From: an uncultured Gammaproteobacteria bacterium
GTDB lineage: Bacteria > Patescibacteriota > Microgenomatia > UBA8517
Length of the DNA stretch: 64,000 bases
Assembly (NCBI GenBank): GCA_964645605.1
Contig: CAZYCE010000004.1
Span: 3,934-67,933, forward strand
Direction of reading: 5' to 3'
The notes under the pieces are model-generated. The model searched no databases, was not told the DNA's origin, and was given only the letters and a program-made list of their open reading frames with translations. Shown here in pieces: positions 18,764 to 27,442 of this stretch. Numbering within the stretch: the stretch's first letter is position 1; every line of letters begins with the position of its first letter. Position numbers and translations under genes: made by a program.

Positions 18764-19475
18764 AATTTACGGAAAGCTCCGGCGGACTAATGTTTGGCAA
18801 TTTAAACTTCGCATCCGCTCCAAACTCCCGACAGATGTAGCTTTCAATTCTATCAGCAATCTGGTGCACACCGGACGAGACCCCAGTGCCTGACGTATTA
18901 GCAATAAATTTATAGGAGTTTTTTTCTTCTTTTTCCCCCCATTCATCTACCGACTCCGTAAGTTTCTCCAAATATTCCGGGTAGTTTTTAAGTATCCACA
19001 TTTCATATTTCCTATCTCTTTGAATTATTCTCTGCTTGAGGTCGCTTTGATCGGCTGTAACAATAATGTGCATATTCGGATATGGCAGATTTCTTTTTGT
19101 AATGGCATAAAAAACATTTTGATATAAATTCCATTCGTTCTCACTCATCCAACCCATTTTGAAGTGCGTTTTTGCATAGATAAAATCCATATTCAATGCA
19201 GGATCGATTAGAGCTACCTTATTTCTGTCGATACTTTTAAGCTGATTAACTTTTGAGGTTAAAAAAAAGATTTGGGATTTAAAACTGTATTCGGGAGGGT
19301 CTTCGTAAAATTTTTCCAAAAACGGATTTGCAGGATAGTTTTCCTGAATCGGCATGATTCCCCATCTTTGTCCCAGCTCCTCAGAAAGGGTTGTTTTCCC
19401 GCTGGCCAGGCAGCCAACCAAGCCTATTACCAAAGGTCTTTTTTCTAATGTTTCTCTTCTTTCTATTTCCTGCAT
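18735..19475 (-). CDS. deoxynucleoside kinase (dAK/dGK/dCK family)
   Basis: P-loop GCLASGKTT; ENYPANPFLEKFYEDP and FSFQ-like dNK motifs. Confidence 0.7.
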   Translation of the reverse strand: MQEIERRETLEKRPLVIGLVGCLASGKTTLSEELGQRWGIMPIQENYPANPFLEKFYEDPPEYSFKSQIFFLTSKVNQLKSIDRNKVALIDPALNMDFIYAKTHFKMGWMSENEWNLYQNVFYAITKRNLPYPNMHIIVTADQSDLKQRIIQRDRKYEMWILKNYPEYLEKLTESVDEWGEKEEKNSYKFIANTSGTGVSSGVHQIADRIESYICREFGADAKFKLPNISPPELSVNYDHTPGLGS

Positions 19476-19538
19476 ATGCTTACAGTCTTACACGAAATCT
19501 CCCCTTTTATTCTTATTGTTTATATTTTATTATCCTAA

Positions 19539-20486
19539 GTGATGTCAACTGGTAAAGTTGCAACAAATTCTGCAGACAAAGTATACCTTGAGCTTTTAAA
19601 AGACGTTCTCAAAAATGGAGTCAAAAGCGACGACCGGACCGGAACCGGAACGATAAAAGTTTTTGGACGGATGCTAAAGTTTGACCTCTCCCAAGGCTTT
19701 CCGCTCCTGACAACCAAAAAAGTATGGTTCCATGGTGTAAAAGAAGAACTTCTCTGGTTCATCCGCGGTGAAAGAAATTTAAGGGCCTTGGTTTTAAAAA
19801 ACGTTGGCATTTGGAACGAATGGCCGTATCAAAGATATTTAGCTGCCAACGGTTTGGAAAAAAAGTATCCTAAATATACTCCCTCGTGGGAGGAAAAAAT
19901 GAAGGAGTTCATAGAAAAAATTAAAACCGATGAAAAATTTGCTAAACGGTACGGGGACCTAGGACCTGTATATGGATACAAATGGAGAAACTGGAAAGGC
20001 GGAAACGGAAAGGAAGTTGATCAACTCGCGGTTGCCATTAAAGATATTAAAGGGAACCCTAATTCCAGAAGAATCATTGTCACGGCATGGGATCCTTCTG
20101 TTCTTGATGAAGTCGCGCTTCCTCCGTGTCACATGGAGTATCAATTCCAAGTGGTGGGGAAAAAACTCAATTGTTTTATGGTTCAAAGGTCCGTCGACAC
20201 ATTTTTAGGACTTCCTTTTAACATAGCTTCTTACGCTCTACTCACCTGCATCGTTGCAAGAGTCACTGGAAAAATTCCCGGAACATTAACAATGGCACTT
20301 GCCGATACACATATTTATTTAAACCACATAAAACAGGCAAAGGAACAAATTGCCAGAAAACCTAAGTCCCTGCCAAAACTCAGACTTAGTTCAAAACTGA
20401 AAAATATCGACCACATTGAATCTGACTGGATAAATGTCGTAGGATACGATCCGCACCCGGCCATTAAGGCACCTATTTCCGTCTAA
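19539..20486 (+). CDS. thyA: thymidylate synthase (ThyA), long form
   Basis: DRTGTGT motif; catalytic LPPCH...FQF; stop overlaps the folA start (TAATG). Confidence 0.9.
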   Translation: MMSTGKVATNSADKVYLELLKDVLKNGVKSDDRTGTGTIKVFGRMLKFDLSQGFPLLTTKKVWFHGVKEELLWFIRGERNLRALVLKNVGIWNEWPYQRYLAANGLEKKYPKYTPSWEEKMKEFIEKIKTDEKFAKRYGDLGPVYGYKWRNWKGGNGKEVDQLAVAIKDIKGNPNSRRIIVTAWDPSVLDEVALPPCHMEYQFQVVGKKLNCFMVQRSVDTFLGLPFNIASYALLTCIVARVTGKIPGTLTMALADTHIYLNHIKQAKEQIARKPKSLPKLRLSSKLKNIDHIESDWINVVGYDPHPAIKAPISV

Positions 20487-20968
20487 TGAAAATTTCTATA
20501 ATAGTGGCCGTTTCAAAAAATAATGTTATCGGACAAGGCAAAAAACTTCTCTGGCACATATCTCCCGATATGAAACATTTCAGAAAAATTACGATGGGTC
20601 ACCATATATTGATGGGAAAAACCACCTTTGAATCGATCGGTATGCCACTCCCTGGAAGAACAAATATTATTCTTTCATCAGATAGAGACTTTAAAGTTCC
20701 CGGCGCTTTTGTATTCCAAAATGAAGAAGATGCAATAAAGTTTGCAAAAAAAAGGGGTGAAGAAGAACTTATGATTATCGGGGGCGGGACTATTTATAAA
20801 CTGTTCTTCCCCAGCGTCGACAAGATATACTTAACCAAGGTCTTGAAAGAATATAAAGGTGATGTCAAATTCCCGAAAATTGATATGGAGGACTGGCAGG
20901 TATCCACAAAAGAACCGCACCCAGAGAGCGACCCACCTTTTGAGTTCATAGAACTTGCAAGAAAATGA
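20486..20968 (+). CDS. folA: dihydrofolate reductase
   Basis: ISIIVAVSKNNVIGQGKKLLWH...MGKTTFESIG; 160 aa; ends with TGA. Confidence 0.85.
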   Translation: MKISIIVAVSKNNVIGQGKKLLWHISPDMKHFRKITMGHHILMGKTTFESIGMPLPGRTNIILSSDRDFKVPGAFVFQNEEDAIKFAKKRGEEELMIIGGGTIYKLFFPSVDKIYLTKVLKEYKGDVKFPKIDMEDWQVSTKEPHPESDPPFEFIELARK

Positions 20969-21366
20969 TTATCTATTGTCTCCGTCTCCATGAAGTTTGC
21001 CGCGTACTTTTCTTGAGGCAAGTTTTTCCAAATTTCCGGCTGCCACATCCGAGAATTTTATCCCGAGCTCTTTCGAAAGCTGAGCCAAATACCAAAGCAC
21101 ATCGCCCAGCTCTTTTTTAATTTCTTCCCTTTTTTCGGAAGTTAACTTTCCGCCTTCGTCCCTAAAAACCTTTTTTATTTTCTCGGAAACTTCACCAGTT
21201 TCTCCCTGAAGACCCAAAAGCGGGTAAACAAATTTTCTCCGACTTTAGGATAGACGGCAGTCTTCCCACACTCCTCTTGATATTTATCAAAATCTGAAAA
21301 AGACATAACAGTTTCAAGGATACCACGAATCTTTAATTCGTGGAGGAATTGAACCTGAAATATCAT
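20969..21366 (-). pseudogene. MazG-like nucleotide pyrophosphohydrolase split by a frameshift near 21225-21245
   Basis: Upstream frame encodes MSFSDFDKYQEE...AVYP; downstream frame encodes (F)VYPLLGLQGETGEVSE...ELGDVLWYLAQL (EExGDxLwyL MazG core); the two frames overlap at 21175-21217. Confidence 0.5.
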
Positions 21367-21448
21367 CCTTCCTCAGGGAAAACCGTAAACTTTGGTTTAC
21401 GGAGGATGTTATTGCAAAAGATTCTAACACATATATATTAATTACTAA

Positions 21449-22000
21449 ATGTTAACCATCGGCATTACCGGAACAATTGGCGCCGGCAAAGGAACTGTTG
21501 TTGATTACCTCGTTAGTCAAAAAGGGTTCAAACATTACTCAGTATCCGGGTATTTGATGGAGGAACTTCTCAAACAGAAGAGATCAACCGACAGAAATGG
21601 TATGCGGGAAATTGCCAATGAAATCAGAACCAAATTCGGTCCAGATTACATAACTAAAATTCTATTTGATAAGGCACAGAACGAAGGTAGCAATGCTATT
21701 ATCGAAAGTATAAGGAATCCAAAAGAAGCAGAATTTATTAAAAATCACGGAGGTTTTCTTTTGGCAGTCGATGCCGATCAAAAATTAAGATTTGAAAGAA
21801 TTTGCTCCCGCGGATCAGGAAAAGACAATGTCTCTTTTGAGGAATTTAAGAAGCAGGAAGAGTTGGAATCCAAAACCACCGACCCCAATACACAAAATCT
21901 TCCGAAATGCATATTGATGGCGGATTATAAATTTGATAACAATGGTTCTATAAAAGATTTATATGAACAAGTCGAAAAAGTCATCAAAAAAATCAGCTAA
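21449..22000 (+). CDS. P-loop nucleotide/nucleoside kinase (dNMP- or CoaE-like)
   Basis: GITGTIGAGKGT Walker A at the N-terminus; 183 aa; 3' end overlaps the dCMP deaminase gene by 38 nt. Confidence 0.5.
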   Translation: MLTIGITGTIGAGKGTVVDYLVSQKGFKHYSVSGYLMEELLKQKRSTDRNGMREIANEIRTKFGPDYITKILFDKAQNEGSNAIIESIRNPKEAEFIKNHGGFLLAVDADQKLRFERICSRGSGKDNVSFEEFKKQEELESKTTDPNTQNLPKCILMADYKFDNNGSIKDLYEQVEKVIKKIS

Positions 22001-22493
22001 AAAATATATCGACGGCCGACCTTCATGGGACGATTATTTCACTGATATTGTTAAAGCTGTATCAACCCGCGGCACATGCGACCGGGGTCATGCGGCTTGC
22101 GTATTCGTTAAAGAAAAACAAATTTTAGTCACGGGCTATGCCGGATCACCCGCAGGCTTTCCCCACTGCGATGAAGTCGGACATGATCTAAGAAAAACTT
22201 TAAACGACGACGGAAGCATCTCCTTACACTGCGTCCGTACAGTGCATGCCGAACAAAATGCAATATGCCAGGCCGCAAAACGCGGAGTTGCGATTGGCGG
22301 GGCTACGGTTTACGTAAACATGACGCCTTGCAGAACATGTGCAATGCTTCTCATCAACTCAGGCGTCGAAAGGGTTTACGCCGAAAGAAAATATTACGCA
22401 GGAAAGGAAACCGAACAAATGTTTAAAAAGGCCGGCATAAAACTTGATTACAAATACAAAGAGGTGGTTAAATACAAAGATCAAAAATCCTAA
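21963..22493 (+). CDS. deoxycytidylate (dCMP) deaminase
   Basis: HAEQNAI and PCRTCA zinc-binding motifs of the cytidine/dCMP deaminase fold. Confidence 0.85.
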   Translation: MNKSKKSSKKSAKKYIDGRPSWDDYFTDIVKAVSTRGTCDRGHAACVFVKEKQILVTGYAGSPAGFPHCDEVGHDLRKTLNDDGSISLHCVRTVHAEQNAICQAAKRGVAIGGATVYVNMTPCRTCAMLLINSGVERVYAERKYYAGKETEQMFKKAGIKLDYKYKEVVKYKDQKS

Positions 22494-24439
22494 CTTTGTT
22501 TCTCTTCTTTTTTAGGGCTTCTCCAACTTGCCCACTTACACTCCGGATATCTTGAGCACCCAAAGAAGTTTCTGCCTTTTCCCGTCTTTTTTACAATTAC
22601 ATCTCCAACTTTACACTCGGGGCATTTTACTCCAAGTTTTTCCAAATATTTTTCCGTATGTTTACAATCCGGGAATCTCGAGCAGGATATAAATTTACCA
22701 AACCTTCCAATTCTTATAACAAGTTCTCCCTTTTTACATTCGGGACATTTTTTTCCTAATTTTTCAACCTCAATTTTTACTCTTTTAGCTTCTTTATCAA
22801 CTATTTTAAGCTTACTCGCAAAGGGTTTATAAAAACCGTTTATTACTTCTTTCCATTCACCTTCTCCGTTGGCAATTTTATCAAGACCACTCTCCATGTC
22901 GGCAGTAAATTTATATTCAAAAACATTGGGAAAATTAGTAATCAAAAAGTCATTTACCGCTTCACCCACAGTCGTCGGAGCAAACTTACCTTCTGACTTT
23001 TCAACATAGTTTCTGATCTGTATGGTGGAAATAGTCGGCGCATAAGTTGAAGGTCTGCCTATTCCCAATTTCTCCAAAGTCTTAATGAGAGAGGCCTCGT
23101 TATACCTTGCAGGGGCTTGGGTGAATTTCTGTTCTCCCCAAGTTTTGATAAGTTTTAACTCTTCGTCTTTCGAAACCTCGGGAAGTCTAACTGCCTCCTC
23201 TGTCTCAAGTCTTGCCGGAATAACTTTTCTCCAACCGTCAAACTTCATTATTTGTCCTCCAGCTCTAAGTAAGTACTTTGTACCGGCTTCTACATCAATT
23301 ATTGTTTCGTCATACAAACTCGGGTTCATCTGACAAGCAACAAATCTTGACCAAATAAGTTTATAAAGCGTTTCTTCATCGTGTCCCCATTTACCTCCTG
23401 ACGCCTCAAATTTATGATTTACATTGGTCGGCCTGATTGCCTCATGCGCCTCTTGAGCGACTTTTGATTGGGTTTTATAAAACCTGGGTGAAGCCGGTAA
23501 ATATGTCTCACCAAACTCTTTACCTATGTATTTTCTGGCAGCATCAACTGCCTGTTTAGAAAGATTGAAAGAATCTGTCCTATGGTAAGTGATAAGACCC
23601 TCCTCATAGAGTTTCTGGGCTATAGACATTGTCCTTTTTGATGACCAGCCAAAAATTCTTGCTCCCGCCTGCGTCATAGTGGATGTTGTAAATGGGGGGT
23701 AAGGATTTTTTAAAACTTCTTTTTTTCTGACATCAAAAACCGTATATTTGGCCTTCTCCAAATCTGAAATAATTTTATCCGCATCTTTTTTGTTTTTGAC
23801 TACAGCAGTTTTTCCGTCAACTTTGACAAGTTGGACAGTAAACTCACCCGTATTCCTAACCTTAGAGAATATTTCCCAATATTCGTCGGCCTTAAATGCC
23901 TTAATCTCACGTTCTCTTTCCACAATCAGGCGGACGGCAACCGATTGGACTCTACCTGCAGAAAGACCGCGTCTGACTTTCTTCCACAATAACGGTGAAA
24001 GTTTATAACCTACCAGTCTATCCAGTACCCTTCTGGCAATCTGGGCATTAACTAAATGCTTGTCGATCTCTCTGGGGCTTTTGATAGCCTCTTCAACTGC
24101 ATCCTTTGTAATTTCATGAAAAGCGATGCGTTTTATTTTGGAATCCGCTTTTAAAACTTCGGCAACATGCTGGGCAATTGCCTCCCCCTCACGGTCAGGG
24201 TCGGTTGCCAAATAAATTACCTCCGCCTTTTTGCCGTTTGTCTTCAGGCTTTTGATAATATCTTTTTTCTTCGGAATATCGGTAAAGTCAGGTTTGAAAC
24301 CATTTTCCACATCAATTCCCAATTTGCTTTTTGGCAAGTCTTTAATGTGTCCGGCAGTTGCCTCTACGGCGTATTTACTTCCTAAAAATCTTCCCAAAGT
24401 TCTGGCCTTGGTCGGAGACTCAACTATAATTAATTGCAT
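22490..24439 (-). CDS. topA: DNA topoisomerase I with C-terminal Zn ribbons
   Basis: Toprim N-terminus (LIIVESPTKA); type IA core; CPECK...C zinc fingers at the C-terminus. Confidence 0.95.
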   Translation of the reverse strand: MQLIIVESPTKARTLGRFLGSKYAVEATAGHIKDLPKSKLGIDVENGFKPDFTDIPKKKDIIKSLKTNGKKAEVIYLATDPDREGEAIAQHVAEVLKADSKIKRIAFHEITKDAVEEAIKSPREIDKHLVNAQIARRVLDRLVGYKLSPLLWKKVRRGLSAGRVQSVAVRLIVEREREIKAFKADEYWEIFSKVRNTGEFTVQLVKVDGKTAVVKNKKDADKIISDLEKAKYTVFDVRKKEVLKNPYPPFTTSTMTQAGARIFGWSSKRTMSIAQKLYEEGLITYHRTDSFNLSKQAVDAARKYIGKEFGETYLPASPRFYKTQSKVAQEAHEAIRPTNVNHKFEASGGKWGHDEETLYKLIWSRFVACQMNPSLYDETIIDVEAGTKYLLRAGGQIMKFDGWRKVIPARLETEEAVRLPEVSKDEELKLIKTWGEQKFTQAPARYNEASLIKTLEKLGIGRPSTYAPTISTIQIRNYVEKSEGKFAPTTVGEAVNDFLITNFPNVFEYKFTADMESGLDKIANGEGEWKEVINGFYKPFASKLKIVDKEAKRVKIEVEKLGKKCPECKKGELVIRIGRFGKFISCSRFPDCKHTEKYLEKLGVKCPECKVGDVIVKKTGKGRNFFGCSRYPECKWASWRSPKKEEKQS

Positions 24440-24666
24440 TTTTTGTATTTTCCTTCCCTTAAATTTTTAACCAACCCTTTCATTTCCATGATTGTCAGTC
24501 TAGCAGAAATTTCAGGAGTTTTGTTACCTGTTATTCTAACAAGCCCGTCAAGATATAGGGCTTTATTCTCCAAAAGGTCTATTGTTTTTGTCTCCTCGAG
24601 CCCGGTTGGCAAGATATTTTCCATTCTTTCCTTATCGACTTTCAGATCCGTATCCATTTCATCCAC
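24430..24666 (-). CDS. stand-alone DprA C-terminal winged-helix domain (dprA remnant)
   Basis: TIDLLENKALYLDGLVRITGNKTPEISARLTIMEMKGLVKNLREGKYK matches the DprA C-terminal WH pattern; only about 70 nt separate it from the upstream PBP2 gene, so the Rossmann domain is absent. Confidence 0.45.
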   Translation of the reverse strand: MDEMDTDLKVDKERMENILPTGLEETKTIDLLENKALYLDGLVRITGNKTPEISARLTIMEMKGLVKNLREGKYKKCN

Positions 24667-24734
24667 GATGTTTTTAACTCTATTGCCATTTTTGCCCCGT
24701 TTTTGAGCAAAAAGAAAGGTCTACCCAGAAAGAG

Positions 24735-26369
24735 TTAGTTTGCAAACGAGGCAAAATAAAAATCCGCAATTTTACGGGCGATGGGGCCGGCAACAGAAGA
24801 ACCCTCTCCTCCCTTTTCAACCAAGACAGTTGCGATAATTTGCGGTTTTTCTGCCGGAGCAAAAAAGGTAAACCATGCATGGGGGATTCCGTCCGTGCCC
24901 ACCTCGGCAGTTCCGGTTTTACAGGCAACATTGATCCCCTCATGCTTCCCAGCAAAATCAAAAAAGGTAAAAGCCGTCCCCCCTTGACTACACGCCTGGC
25001 TCATTCCTTCCTTAACCAAATCAAGGTTGGTTTGCGAAACGTTTATTTTACGGCATACCGGATTTTTATCCATATTAAATCTTGGTTGACAAAGACTTCC
25101 CCCAGCGGCAATGGCCGAAATATACGTATTTATTTCAATAGGAGTCACTGAAACATCGCCCTGACCGATCGACATGTGATAGGTGTTTCCCAAAAACCAT
25201 GATTCGTTTTTTGTTTGCTCTTTCCACTCAGGGGTTGGAATCAAGCCCTTTACTTCCCCCGGAATGTCTATTCCCGTTTCCCGGTTTAAACCGAATAGGT
25301 CCGCCCATTTTGCGATTTTATCAGGACCAACCATTTGGCCAATGGTATAGAAAAAGGTGTCCGTTGATCTGGCAATAGCTTTTGTAAGTCCGATAGCCCC
25401 CTCCGTCCTTCCGTATTCGGTGAAGTACCAATTATTGTATGAATAATCTCCGACTGTAATCACACCCTGATCTGTATATATGAAATTTTTATCAATTGCC
25501 CCTTCTTCAAGTGCTGAAATTGCAACCACCGGTTTAAAAACAGACCCGGGATGAAACGTTCCGCTAATAACCCTATTGAAAAACGGCAAGTTTTCATCAG
25601 TTAATAGAGAGCTGATTTGCTCACTATTGCCTTTCTTTATAAAAATATTCGGGTCAAAGCTTGGATAAGAATATAGAGCCAGAATCTGCCCGGTAACGTC
25701 AGTAACTATCACAGCACCTTTCTTGCCGGCCATTTGGGACGCAATTTCACCTTGAATTCCCAAATCTATTGATGTCCGCAAATCCCGGCCCGGAACTGGA
25801 TCTTTTTTACCAAGAATTCTTACTTTATGGCCTTCGGCATCCACCTCGATAATGCTTTCACCTGAGGTTCCGGACAGAAGACATTCATAAGATTCCTCAA
25901 GGCCTGTTTTGCCAACCATTGCATCGGAAGCTCTCGGTCCCTTTTCGGGACAGTCTGAATTTATCTTGCCTATTTCATCTTCGTTAACCTTAGCTAAATA
26001 TCCCAAAGCATGTGAGAATTTATCTTCCATGGGGTAATAACGTTCAAAATCCGTCACAATTTCTTCTTCTGTTGCCCCTGTTAGGTCTTCAGAAAGAATA
26101 AAGCCGTTTGATTCTGTAAATACTATCCGCTTTTTAACCTCAGTGTTTCCGGCCAGAATTTCGCCTCCTTTCGCCAAAATTCTGCCGCGAGGCGCCGGGA
26201 TCGTAACCCGTCTTATCCTATTTTCCTCAGAAAGATTTCTGAAATAATTTCCTTTAATAATTTGAACTTCAAATAACTTCGCACCGAGAATTAAAAAAAC
26301 AAGTATCAGAACTCCTCTCAAAAACCAAGAAAGCCACGACTGCGAATCGGCGGAAGATAAAGAATGCAT
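24735..26369 (-). CDS. mrdA: penicillin-binding protein 2 (class B transpeptidase)
   Basis: N-terminal TM; SVFKP (SxxK), SYNNW (SxN), KTGTA (KTG) motifs; immediately downstream of mreB. Confidence 0.85.
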   Translation of the reverse strand: MHSLSSADSQSWLSWFLRGVLILVFLILGAKLFEVQIIKGNYFRNLSEENRIRRVTIPAPRGRILAKGGEILAGNTEVKKRIVFTESNGFILSEDLTGATEEEIVTDFERYYPMEDKFSHALGYLAKVNEDEIGKINSDCPEKGPRASDAMVGKTGLEESYECLLSGTSGESIIEVDAEGHKVRILGKKDPVPGRDLRTSIDLGIQGEIASQMAGKKGAVIVTDVTGQILALYSYPSFDPNIFIKKGNSEQISSLLTDENLPFFNRVISGTFHPGSVFKPVVAISALEEGAIDKNFIYTDQGVITVGDYSYNNWYFTEYGRTEGAIGLTKAIARSTDTFFYTIGQMVGPDKIAKWADLFGLNRETGIDIPGEVKGLIPTPEWKEQTKNESWFLGNTYHMSIGQGDVSVTPIEINTYISAIAAGGSLCQPRFNMDKNPVCRKINVSQTNLDLVKEGMSQACSQGGTAFTFFDFAGKHEGINVACKTGTAEVGTDGIPHAWFTFFAPAEKPQIIATVLVEKGGEGSSVAGPIARKIADFYFASFAN

Positions 26370-26376
26370 TTTACAA

Positions 26377-27432
26377 TTATAGCCCTTTTGTAACCCTTAT
26401 CTTTTTCAAAAGACTGTTGTCTTCAAGACATTTTCCACATCCGCGGACAACGCAGGTTAATGGATCATCGGCGATCCATACGGGCATTTTTGCGGCTTCG
26501 GAGATGGCTTTATCTATACCACTAATTAAAGATCCGCCCCCCGCAAGAACTATACCCTTTTCCATGATATCGCTGGTCAACTCCGGAGGGGTTTCTTCAA
26601 GGGTATCAACAATACTGCCTATAATTTCCTGAAGGATGGGACTTAACGCCTCCTGAACCTCTTCACTGGTTAATTTAATTGATTTTGGAAGCCCGGTCTC
26701 TAAATCTCTACCGCGGACTACCGCAAACTTCTGCTCTGAGACCTTGACTCCTCCGATCCCTATTTTTACCGATTCAGCCGTGGGTTGACCCAAAAGGAGT
26801 GAGTATTTGAGCCTTACATAATTAACAATCGCTTCATCCATTTCGTCTCCGGCAATCCTTATACTCCTGCCAAGCACAATTCCCCCCAAAGAAATTACGG
26901 CAATTTCGCTGGTTCCGCCGCCAATATCTACAATAAAATTGCCCTCCGGACCTTCTATGGGAAGACCCGCCCCGATCGCCGCCGCCATTGGTTCTTCAAT
27001 CAAATTTGCCTCCCTGGCACCAGCATCGAGTGCCGCCTCCGCAACGGCTCTTCTCTCTACTTCTGTAACTCCGGATGGGATCCCAATTACTACTTTTGGT
27101 CGCGGAATTTGGGGAAAAGTACTCCCTGTTTCATGAACTTTTTTAATATAATGGGAAAGCATGGCGGCTGTGGCATCAAAATCGGCAATTACACCATCCC
27201 TAAGGGGTCTTATAACATCGATTGATGCGGGAGCTCTTCCCACCATTTTTTTGGCCGACATACCGATTGCTAAAATTTCCTTCGTTTTTTTGTGTCTGGC
27301 AACAGCCGAAGGTTCTCTTATTACAACTCCTTTTCCGCGCACATACACCAAAGTATTTGCCGTTCCCAAGTCGATTCCAATATCGTGAGAGAACATTCCA
27401 AGGAGTCCGTCGATTGGGTTTATAAATTTCAT
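26377..27432 (-). CDS. mreB: rod-shape protein MreB
   Basis: IGIDLGTANTLVYV ... VIREPSAVA actin-fold motifs; 351 aa. Confidence 0.95.
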   Translation of the reverse strand: MKFINPIDGLLGMFSHDIGIDLGTANTLVYVRGKGVVIREPSAVARHKKTKEILAIGMSAKKMVGRAPASIDVIRPLRDGVIADFDATAAMLSHYIKKVHETGSTFPQIPRPKVVIGIPSGVTEVERRAVAEAALDAGAREANLIEEPMAAAIGAGLPIEGPEGNFIVDIGGGTSEIAVISLGGIVLGRSIRIAGDEMDEAIVNYVRLKYSLLLGQPTAESVKIGIGGVKVSEQKFAVVRGRDLETGLPKSIKLTSEEVQEALSPILQEIIGSIVDTLEETPPELTSDIMEKGIVLAGGGSLISGIDKAISEAAKMPVWIADDPLTCVVRGCGKCLEDNSLLKKIRVTKGL

Positions 27433-27442
27433 AATATTATAG

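Noticed and set aside
24680-25151. ORFs 24680-24961 (-), 24781-24987 (+) and 24840-25151 (+)
   Set aside because: All lie inside the well-supported PBP2 gene in other frames or strands; not the missing DprA N-terminal domain.
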